From the NCBI GenBank assembly GCA_051362555.1, contig CM120646.1, forward strand, positions 3,286,001-3,350,000: a DNA stretch of 64,000 nucleotides, written 5' to 3'. The stretch is from Lingula anatina (lineage: Eukaryota; Animalia; Brachiopoda). The notes below the pieces were generated by a model. It worked only from the letters and a program-made list of their open reading frames with translations. It searched no databases and had not been told where the DNA came from. Both the position numbers and the translations under genes were made by a program. Below, piece after piece: positions 12,377 to 24,300 of this stretch. Numbering within the stretch: the stretch's first letter is position 1; every line of letters starts with the position of its first letter.

Positions 12377-15300
12377 CTTAACCACTGTAGTAAAGTTCAA
12401 CATGTCAGAAAATCAAAACAATTAAAAACTGGCAAAAAAAGAACATCTATACTTATTTATTCATTCATTTCTTTAAATCTGAAAAACTGATTTCTTGACT
12501 TGTGTCAAAATTTTAAGACTGAAAAGGGTTTCTTTTTCGGGGACTCTGTACCATAGAAAGCAAAAAACACTGAAGGGATTTTACCTGGCTTTTGATTTCA
12601 TCCACTTCTTTCTCTACCTTTTGGGAGGAGCCTTTCTTTGAATCTTTGACTTCTTTGATCTGGAATTCAAAATTGATACTAGTATAGCCATTTTTAAAAT
12701 GTAAAATAAAATAAACCAAAGTAGTAGCGATACAAATTAAAGAAATACAATTGGTAAAAGCACTTAATCTCAAGAACAAAGCCATTCCTTGTTTATTTTA
12801 TGATATGTAAACTTCTAGTTACTTCAGTCTAGTTACCTGTTTTTTGAAGTCATCCAATTGATCCTTCAGCTGTTCTAGTTCTTTGTCCTTGCCCTTTTCA
12901 AAGCCCTTCATCTAAAGATTAATTAAGTCATAAAATATTGCAAAATAAGAAGCCATAGCTATCTTACTTGAACATAAAGAAACAATTGAAAATTATATTG
13001 AGTTCTCTCCCATTTTTTCATTTCAATTTAATGCAATTAGAGAATAAAACATCCAATCTCAGGAGTTGCCCTTGTTTCTTTTTCGAATGTGAAGAATTGA
13101 AAAAGTTACAGAGGAAAAAAAATTATGACCAAAAGCAAATGAGCAAACAACAACAATAACAACAACAAATGGAATGGTTCTTAACTGTCAGAGATTTTTC
13201 ATTGATATGAAGGAGAAATGGCCTTACCTGACTTTTTGTCAGGGAATCTTTGGGTTTATCAGAAGAATCATCTTTGGCTTCTTTTAACTCATTGACCTGT
13301 TAACAAAATTCATGTCTCATTTATTAAAAAATATCTTAAATTTTGGATGCAAAAAAAAAAAACACTATTTCCTAATCAACATTAATGTCATGTTATTGCA
13401 AAGATTTACTTAGTTTTCAAAAACTTACTGGTATTTTTATTTGTTACAATACTAAGAAATCTATTTCTGAGTCAAATTACCTGTTTGCCAATGTCATCCA
13501 CTTTTTCATTAAGATCTTGTATTTCTCTGCTCTTATTTTTGTCCAATGTTATCACCTGAAACATAAAGAAGACAAAGAAATATAACACGAGTCATGAAAG
13601 TGATAACTGACATGTACAATCATCTGATAATTTCACATTTTTGCAATCTTACATGTATGTATTTTCTGACAGTGAAAGTCATTAAGAAAGTCATTTTTGT
13701 CTAATGAAGTATCTTGAATCAGCAACATTTATTGCTTATCTTTCAAATGTAAAAAAATATACAATCAAAAGAGCCCCCCCCCCCCCCCCTCCCATCCTCT
13801 TTTAAAGAAATCCTGCCACACCCCATGTGGACCAGCTAGCTTCTTTACCTGACTGCGGATGTGAAGCAAGTCCTTCTGTACCATGTCATCAAACAGCCTC
13901 TTTTCATCTCTCAGGCTGGTGAGCTGGAGGGACAAAAACATTATCTCATCTAATTTTCATCAATATACTGCCTATGCTTATCTAACACAGCTAAAAATCT
14001 CATCAATTATCTCAGAAATAGTGAAAACTAATACAGTTCTCCCCCACTCCAAAACTGTTTTGACTATGTGCACCAGTGTGGTAATGATGAATAGTTTACA
14101 AGGTTTATAATGTTCTCTGCAAAGACAGAGACTGGAAATGCAGATCCAAATTACAAAGTTCTAAAACTTTTGTGTAAATGTACTTAGTATGTGTAATCTC
14201 TATCATAATATATTATTATATATAAGCTATTATATAAATGTCTTAAGGAACAGAACCCTAAGCTATAGCCATTACCTCTGCCTTGAACTTTTCCATTGCT
14301 GCATTTGAGATGTTATCTGATTCCCTCTTTTCATCTTTCAAGTCTTTGACCTGGGTTTAATAAAGATAAAAACTATCAGCATGATAAACTCATGACTACA
14401 CATTTCAGAATTTTTTGTTTCTGAACAAATTAGGAAAACTAAAGTTGAAAAATAAGTCTATCTCGTACACACTCTTTTACACAGGTCTCCAGTAACACAA
14501 GTTCTACACAGCTGATGGATATTTTCCATTCTTTCTTTCTGTTAAATATTAGATCTCATGCAAATTCCCTGCAAAAACCTTAGACCTATCTGTCTACATA
14601 ATGCATTACCTTCTGACTTACCGTTGTTTTCAGCTGTCCAATTTCTTTGCCCTGTACCTGAATTTGATCTTTTGCTTTTGCCAATTCTTTCGCCATTTGT
14701 TGTATCTGAAAAAGTAACCAGGGCCATGCTGTAAATTGCTACATACACTTGGCAGTGCAAATATATTTTTATTTTAATGAATTACATTAAACTGCTGACT
14801 GAAGTATGAAAATACTAAAAAGTATGACAAAATATATGAACCACTGTGAAACGAATATTTGAAGTTTGATCTGATAAGTTTTTTTTAATCAACCAGTCCA
14901 TTTTATGTTCCAAAGAAGTTGTGGAGCAAATGAGGCCTACCAGAGCCTTGATCTCATCCAAGTCATCTCCTATCATTATGCCTGCATCTGTAGTTGTTGC
15001 TTTAAAGATCTGTAATATACCAGTAATTGCAGGTTGATATTTTGAATGGATTAATTCAATATGAGTTGAAATCAAGAAAATAAAATGAAAAAAAAAAAAT
15101 TTATCATACAGACAATCTTTTCTGTCATTTTCAGCTTTTTTCCTATAATGATGTGGCCAGTACAGGTATATACCCTTCATGTCCAAATCCAGGTATTTCA
15201 AAATCACCACAAAAATTAATCCACCAAAATGAACTAGAGGATCAGAGAGGCGATACCGCCTCCGAATATTGTACCACCAGCTGGAGCAAGCGCATTCGTA

Positions 15301-18300
15301 TAGACCCCCACATACACAAAATAAGGGGTGCAGCCACCAGTCTTGTGCTTGACAAGCTGTAAAAATGCAATCAACAAGAATTTTCAAAATATGCAAAAAA
15401 TATATATAACTAAAAATGGTGCAATCAAAGTACAGTTCATTGTAAGGTAGGTCAAAGGTCAATTTCAAGGTCACAGTAAATTGCCAGTATATGACTTCCT
15501 ATCCAACTTCAATAGTAACTATGGACCTATCTCTGCCAGTTTTGGAGATAAAAGGGAAGCAAAATTTGCAAAGTTCAGTTCATGGTGAAAAGTAGGTCAA
15601 AGGTCAATTTCAAGGTCACAGTAAGATTGCCAGTATATGACTTCCTATTCAACTTCAATAGTAACTATGGACCTATCTCTGCCAGTTTTGGAGATAAAAG
15701 GGAAGCAAAATTTGCAAAGTTCAGTTCATGGTGAAAAGTAGGTCAAAGGTCAATTTCAAGGTCACATTTAGATTGCCAGTATATGACTTCCTATTCAACT
15801 TCAATAGTAACTATGGACCTATCTCTGCCAGTTTTGGAGATAAAAGGGAAGCAAAATTTGCAAAGTTCAGTTCATGGTGAAAAGAAGGTCAAAGGTCAAT
15901 TTCAAGGTCACATTTAGATTGCCAGTATATGACTTCCTATTCAACTTCAATAGTAACTATGGACCTATCTCTGCCAGTTTTGGAGATAAAAGGGAAGCAA
16001 AATTTGCAAAGTTCAGTTCATGGTGAAAAGAAGGTCAAAGGTCAATTTCAAGGTCACAGTAAAATTGCCAGTATATGACTTCCTATGCAAGTTCAATAGT
16101 AACTATGGACCTATCTCTGCCAGTTTTGGAGATAAAAGGGAAGCAAAATTTGCAAAGTTCAGTTCATGGTGAAAAGTAGGTCAAAGGTCAATTTCAAGGT
16201 CACAGTAAGATTGCCAGTATATGACTTCCTATTCAACTTCAATAGTAACTATGGACCTATCTCTGCCAGTTTTGGAGATAAAAGGGAAGCAAAATTTGCA
16301 AAGTTCAGTTCATGGTGAAAAGTAGGTCAAAGGTCAATTTCAAGGTCACATTTAGATTGCCAGTATATGACTTCCTATTCAACTTCAATAGTAACTATGG
16401 ACCTATCTCTGCCAGTTTTGGAGATAAAAGGGAAGCAAAATTTGCAAAGTTCAGTTCATGGTGAAAAGAAGGTCAAAGGTCAATTTCAAGGTCACAGTAA
16501 AATTGCCAGTATATGACTTCCTATGCAAGTTCAATAGTAACTATGGACCTATCTCTGCCAGTTTTGGAGATAAAAGGGAAGCAAAATTTGCAAAGTTCAG
16601 TTCATGGTGAAAAGTAGGTCAAAGGTCAATGTCAAGGTCACAGTAAGATTGCCAGTATATGACTTCCTATTCAACTTCAATAGTAACTATGGACCTATCT
16701 CTGCCAGTTTTGGAGATATAAGGGACTAAATGTTATAATTTTGGAGTTACCATAATGTGCCATAAATTTCCTACAGAAAAAATTAATTAAAATAAAGAAA
16801 AGGTCATTTTGGTCAAAGTTCTTGAAATGGGAGGTTCTCTGAAGTTGCAGAAGTTTAAATTTGATAAAATAATGTCATTTTTGACCACAAGTTGTCTGCT
16901 TTGCCAAGCATTATGTTTTATTTTTCCGGAGTTCAAAATTTATTATCCATTACCGTACTGCACATTTTTACGGAAGCCGACTGGTGCCATATGTTGAAAA
17001 AAAAAATTATCTCGAAATTTCGAGATAGCATTTTTTTTGTTCAAATTTCAAAATACTATCTCGAAATTTCGAGATAAATTTTTTTGCTCAAATATCAAAA
17101 TGCTATCTCGAAATTTCGAGATAATTTTTTTTTTGTTCAAATTTCAAAATGCTATCTCGAAATTTCGAGATAAAAATTTTTTTTGTTCAAATTTCAAAAT
17201 AGTATCTCGAAATTTCGAGATAATTTTTTTTTCTACATATGGCACCAGTCGGCTTCCGTACATTTTCCTTTCACCACCAATATGTACTTTCTGATACAGC
17301 GTAACTCGAAAACCGTATGGAATACAAAAAAACCGAGACCACCTCCAGTGTTGGGCTTTACATGCTCTACAAAATGCAAAAAAGAATGGGTCTCTAGCAT
17401 TAACGGTTCCCGAATTAGAGACAGTTTTCAGTTTCGGTATCTTATGGCCGCTACTCCTGTGAAAATGCACCGATTGACCCCAAATTCACGGAGATGAAAG
17501 ATGACCTGAAGGGTAACACTTTCCAATAATATTATTGGTTAAGTCTGTGTGGCGTCTGAATAACAGGGCAAAAAAATTTTTTTTCGTAAAAAATTTCATT
17601 TTTTTGAAAATTTTGACCCATTTGACCTTGAAGTAAAGGTCAAAGGTCAAATCCGAGGGTATATTTGAAATCTACACATATGACTTTTGGAAAGCCGTCT
17701 ATAGAAATTTTTCCCGTAACTCCTTCTGTAGGGTAGATAATTAGCATTTAATTTTGCCATTTTTAGACAAGGGTGCATTGCAATGAGTGCCACACCCAGA
17801 CCCCAATACCGACAAAGCCCAAATTTTACGTGGAACGAGTTGAGATTATAGGTGACCTAAATCCATGAGATGGGTACGGGGGCCCTTACCGTCTAGGAGG
17901 AGAAGCGGTAACGGTAACATGGCGGCGGAGCCGGCGGAACGGACCGGACGGGACCGAAACCATGAGTACCGCCAGCGCTAACGCTGGTGGTAAATTTTTT
18001 TGTTCAAATTTCAAAATAGTATCTCGAAATTTCGAGATAATTTTTTTTTCTACATATGGCACCAGTGGGCTTCCGTACATTTTCCTTTCACCACCAATAT
18101 GTACTTTTTGATACAGCGTAACTCGAAAACCGTATGGAATACAAAAAAACCGAGACCACCTCCAGTGTTGGGCTTTACATGCTCTACAAAATGCAAAAAA
18201 GAATGGGTCTCTAGCATTAACGGTTCCCGAATTAGAGACAGTTTTCAGTTTCGGTATCTTATGGCCGCTACTCCTGTGAAAATGCACCGATTGACCCCAA

Positions 18301-21300
18301 ATTCATGGAGATGAAAGATGACCTGAAGGGTAACACTTTCCAATAATATTATTGGTTAAGTCTGTGTGGTGTCTGAATAACAGGGCAAAAAATTTTTTTT
18401 TCGTAAAAAATTTCATTTTTTTGAAAATTTTGGCCCATTTGACCTTGAAGTAAAGGTCAAAGGTCAAATCCGAGGGTATATTTGAAATCTACACATATGA
18501 CTTTTGGAAAGCCGTCTGTAGAAAATTTTCCCGTAACTCCTTCCGTAGGGTAGATAATTAGCATTTAATTTTGCCATTTTTGGACAAGGGTGCATTGCAA
18601 TGAGTGCCACACCCAGACCCCAATACCGACAAAGCCCAAATTTTACGTGGAACGAGTTGAGATTATAGGTGACCTAAATCCATGAGATGGGTATGGGGGG
18701 CCTTACCGTCTAGGAGGAGAAGCGGTAACGGTAGCCGTCCGGCGGAGCCGGCGGAGCCGGCGGAACGATCCGGACGAGACCGAAACCATGTGTACCGCCA
18801 GCGCTAACGCTGGTGGTACAATTAGCTTATAAAACAAATTTCTAGAAAATACTTGATTGACCCAGCAGACCATCTTAATCTGCTCCTGCGGTTCTTTCAT
18901 CACAACTGGAAAAAAAATTCTGAAATATGTCTCCTACCTGAGATGCAATCTGCTCCACATACTCTGCCTCCTCATCATGGTCAATCTCTGCCTCGTCTAC
19001 CTCATGGTCGATCTTCATCTCAACTTCCTCATCGTCGGTTGTCATCTCATCTGCCTCATAGGTAGTCTCAACCATGATTTCCTCAGGAATACTGGGCTGT
19101 TATTTTGAGTACACAATGGCATTTAAATTATATTCACAACTAGTAAATATTTCAACATATAATTAAACAATCAAACAGTATGTTATTTCTTCTTTCTTGA
19201 CATTCTAGTTCACTTGACCAGTATTTCACCAGTACCGTATTTTCAGAATAACTTCTACAAGATGTTGCATATGTCATATAATTATATTATAATATTGAAA
19301 ACATCAATACTCACTTTAATGGCTGGCAAAGGTGCAGATTTTTGAATTCCAGCAGGCTAAAATAAAAAAAAATGAGGATAAATAAACAGTGGGAAAAATG
19401 AATGCAAAAGTTTTTCCATTGTTTTCCATTCATTTCATACTTATCTATACTAAATTAAATGCAGAGAAAAGTAATTTTTAAATAAATTATAAAATACTCA
19501 CTGGAATGGCTGGCAAGGGTGCAGACTTTTGGATTCCAGCAGGCTAAAAAAGAATATTGTTTGCAAATAAACAGTAGGAAAGAAAAAAACAACAACCTCA
19601 GTTTGAAGTATTTCCATTATTTTGCACTTATTTCACACTTCATTTATTTGTGATAGATGACTACTCACTGGAATGGCTGGCAAGGGAGCAGACTTTTGGA
19701 AACCAGCAGGCTAAAAAAGAATAATGATAAAAAAATTAACAGTAAGAAAGAAAAAACAAACATAAATTTGAAGTATTTCCATTATTTTGCATCATTCTGT
19801 ACTTCATTTGTATAAAATCAAATACAGAGAGCATTAATTTGTGTTAGATGAATACTCACTTGAATGGCTGGTAAGGGTGCAGACTTTTGGAGACCAGCAG
19901 GCTAAAAAAATAATTAAAACAAATGTATAATGTATCAAAGTAACAGCCATGAAGTCAAACACAAAAATAACTCCATGTATCCTACAGGAATATTCAGTTT
20001 GATATCAAGTACGCTGGCTGAAAGAAAACAGCAGCCTGAAGTAAGCATAATAAAAAAATGAATTAAAAAAAAATTAATAAGGAAAAAAATCCATAGGTAT
20101 ATCAAAAAATCAAATTAGCACAATACCTGACTAAAAATGTAGTGTTATCAATTTGCATTCACTTTCTAAAACTCAGACAATATATAACAAATATATTTTG
20201 CAGAACTGATGTAGTGAAAAAGAATAACTACACCTTTTCTAATGGCCTCTAATAATTGGACATAAGGAAGTCTCCTACTAAAACCTCTCAAATAAACACA
20301 ACATTATACTTTCAATGCAATATTATCATTTTACATTCATTTCTTAAAACTCAGACACATGGGATAACAAAAGTCACGTACCTCCTGTCGGACGATGTCC
20401 TCATCCTGAAATAGCAGGCATGCACATTGTTAATGTACAACAAACATAAACAAACAAATAAATAACAAATGAAATATTTTGGCAACTGCAAATAACTATA
20501 AGAAACTTAAAAGAATAAACTGTTGAAAAATTATTGCATTATTTTTGTCATCATAAGCATATCAATCAGTTCATAAACATGCATTCTTAATATCTTCAAC
20601 CTAAAAAGATGACTAAATTGTAGAAAAAATAAATTTTCAAGCCAACATACCAAACTATGACACTTTGATTGATGGCAAAACAACAGACTTTTGAAAGTCG
20701 AAATGATAAATAATGATGAAAAATAAAACATATGCTCATTATTGAATCTCCATATAAAAGATTAAATGCACATGTTATTTCCAATACTTGCATAAAAGCT
20801 TACCTTGGCAGAGGGCATTGTGAGAGAAGGCTGTGTAAGCTGTAGGATTTCTGCAGCCTGAAGTGTAAAAATTACCAAATAAATCTTAGAACACATATAA
20901 TTACAAGACGTTACAAACAAAAAGCTTGTTCCTGGTACTGATATATACATACAGTCATATAAAAATCAATAATATATTAATCCTCACATATGAATATAGC
21001 TCATTTAATTAACAACACTTTTTAACAGAAACTTGCAACTTTGTCTGTAATCTGCTTTCAATTTGCCTGATTAACAGACACTGATGATGATGATGATGAC
21101 AATGATGATAAGGAATACCAAAATCAAGCCCCTTACCTCTCTTCTGACTTTATCCTCTTCAGCCTTTGGCTTCTTTGAGAGGAGACTCTGTAATTAATAG
21201 AATGTCATTTAAGAACATGTTTCATAACTTTAATCTACAGTATGTAAAGATAATGTCTGTATGTTTCTTTATAAAAAGCATCCTTGAAAAGATAATTACA

Positions 21301-24300
21301 TTATAGCGGAATGATCTGGATCCCTTAAAATAAATAACCATCTTAACTAATAATAATAATAATAATAATAAACTCACTTTATAGGATGGCATAGGAGGAG
21401 GCATATCGAGATCAAGAACCTGAAATAATAAGGAAACACGATTACTTAAAAAAACACCATATTATATTCTAAACATAAATCTTACACCCCATTCTCATAG
21501 ATTAGATCGACCTACATTGGATCGACCTAACTCCCTGGGGGTTCACGCTAAATAGCTGTCAGCGAAAGTTAATTACCCCTTAAAGCTTGTAGTAGGCGGG
21601 GACGGACACTTAAGGGAGATTATCTGACAGTAATCTAGTGAGACTCCCCGCGGTGATAGATCGATCTAAAAGTTGTGAGAACAGAGCCTTAGTGTTAAAT
21701 ATTAATCTCATTTAATATTTTCCTTTTTTTTTTTTTGTACAAGGCTCACCTTGTCTCTTTGCTGAGTAAGCTGTAGGATTTCAGCAGCCTGGAGCAAAGA
21801 AAAAAAAAACAAATTAAGAGATTAATTCTCTAATAGTAACACAAACACATGAGTAAGATCTAAAGATTAGCAGGCATCATTATATTGATGACAATGAAAA
21901 TGATAAGAAATCTCTGTAACAAGTGCCTTACCTCTTTTCTAACTCTCTCCTCTTCAGCTTTTGGATCCTTTGCACTGAGAGACTGTAATTAAGGAAATGT
22001 CATTTAAGAATATGCTTCACGGTATTAATCTACAATATGTGAATATTTAACAAATAAGAAACATTTTTGAAAAGATTATTCTATTGATGATAAATGATCT
22101 GAACGGAGCAATGATAATAAATACCCATATTACATGAATATGTATACTCACTGACATTGGGGGAGGCAGATTTAGCTCAAGGATCTGAAATAATAAAGAA
22201 ACACCATTTCTTAACAAAACACTTTTTTAAATTCCAGAAGCAAAATTTAAATAAAAGATTAACTGCATCTATTATTTTCCTGTTTCAGTATAATAGCTTA
22301 CCTTGTCTTTGGGCGGCTCTTTAGGCTTGGTAAGCTGAAGGATTTCTGCAGCCTGAAGTAAAAGTAATGAAAAAATTTTAAAAAATGAAAGTGAAAAAGA
22401 AATTATCGTCACATTACTGGATCTGCTAATATACAAGTAAGCTTACCAAACTCACAAGAAGCATCAGACAGAACAGAAACACGTGCAGAATAAAAAGTAG
22501 AAAGGAAAAAAAACCAGACCTGAGCCAAGGACAATGAAACATGTCAAAAAATTGGCAATGATTATATTGATGACGATGATGATGAAGATAAGGAATCTAA
22601 GAAACAAGTCCCTCACCTCCTTTCTGATTCTTTCCTCCTCCCCTCTTATTTCCTTGTACTGTTCTTTTGGATCTCTTGAGCTACAAGACTGGAATTGAGA
22701 GAATAGCACACAATGACTTGCTTCCCAATAATGTTTACAGACACTGGGAGCATTTTTTCAATATCACTCACATCTATGTTTAAAAGTTTGAAATTGTAGT
22801 AAAATTAACAAGTAAATGTGGACTGCATTAGGCTTTGAAAATGTACTCACTCTGAAGGAGGGCATCATAACTGGCTTTTTGAGTTCAGGGACCTGAAAAG
22901 GTGTATAAGATACAATTAGAAAAACAGAAACCATACCAAACCAGTGTTTGAATTCAAGTGTGACAGGGCTGTTACAAAAATAGCTTTTTCAGTTGTGTAT
23001 AAAAGCTCACCTCTTCTTTAGGCTGAGTAAGCTGTAGTATCTCTGCAGCCTGAAATATAATTGAGAACTTAATTACAAATGTTGTTTAACATAAAGTACA
23101 CAAACAAACACGTGTGGATATGACCTTTTAAATAATAACAAACTTAAAAAAAATTACCACACTGTAATAATACTTATGTAGGTCTCCTTGATCATAGAAA
23201 CTCACCTCTTTTCTGACTCTCTCCAAATCTGCCGCTTGTCCTCTGGCACCACTTGGCTATAAATAAAACAACATTCAAATAAATATAATAAAAAATTTAA
23301 TTTTCAACATTTCTCAATGAATTTACATTTAAGACTGCACAAAAAAAATCTCAACTTTTAAACATATGTTAATGTCAATTATATTTTTGGGGGTCCTACT
23401 GCAAACCTGATAGTACTAGTTTTTTTTTTTTTTTTCAAATAAAATCAATCCCCACCTTGATGACTCCTATAGGTGCTGGCTGTTGAGGAGCAGGAGTCTG
23501 AAATAACAGATAATAAATAACTGTAATATTTGAAAGTATCAAATATGAGAAATCATGCAGTAGTGTCAGTAACATGTCATACTAAAGAAACTGGAGATGT
23601 AATCACCATGGTGTCTGAACTAAAGTATTGTCATCATTGATAAACATAAAAAGTTGATTACAGACAATAATCTTTGAAAATAACTGACCCTTACCTTCAT
23701 GGCTCGGAGAGCATGTTGTTTGATGTCTCCACCCTGAAAATGTCAATAACCAGGCATTAACAGAGGCCAGAATGATCAATGTCCATGCGCTCTCTTCACA
23801 TTCATAATCCGATTACAATTTTTCCCTTACCTTTTAACATGGTAGGCACTGCAACTACATTACCAGCAAGATACACAAAAGAAACTGAATTTGTGAGACA
23901 CAAAAATGAAAAGGGGGAAAAAGTTCTCGAAGAACTAACATCTGAAGTTGAACAGAAGTTGTAAGGGGCTGTCATATGTGCTGTATGTTACTGTTGAAAC
24001 TGGCATGTATAATACAATACCTCCTGCATGCACTTTCTGAAAGCAGCCCTTTCTTCTGCCATTCTCTGGTCTGCGGCAAGGAAATCCTATTGAAGAAAGA
24101 GAGAAAAGATTATCCATTATCATCCATCTTGCACGTTTTCATAGGCAAATATATGACATTCCAACCCAAATCCTGAGAATGAAGCTAACTGATGGATCTT
24201 AAGATATGGAGCTGCTTGTTAAAGAGAAACAAAGTGAATGTACAACAATATCACAAGAAATCAAAACAGAATTTTAAGTCACAAAATTTAGTAAAATAGA

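Larger units (their letters stand above)
15232..18823 (+). mobile_element. Non-autonomous Helentron/HINE (DINE-1-like) element with internal satellite, in a CEP164-like intron
   Basis: Starts AACTAGAG; 14-bp subterminal inverted repeat ATTGTACCACCAGC (15268-15281) / GCTGGTGGTACAAT (18809-18822); 3' hairpin TGTACCGCCAGCG-CTAA-CGCTGGTGGTACA preceded by a (GGCGGA/CGGAC)-like microsatellite; GGTCAAAGGTCA motifs; internal tandem array. Confidence 0.7.

Noticed and set aside
14815-15474. 219-aa ORF
   Set aside because: Runs through transposon, intron and one 69-nt true exon; a chance open frame.
16809-18903. Paired ~104-133 aa ORFs on both strands
   Set aside because: Products of palindromic and duplicated TE sequence; no transposase or Rep/Hel motifs.
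18857-18906. Possible extra exon (MKEPQEQIKM) after the acidic exon
   Set aside because: Would need a ~31-nt intron and opens with an in-frame stop in phase 0.
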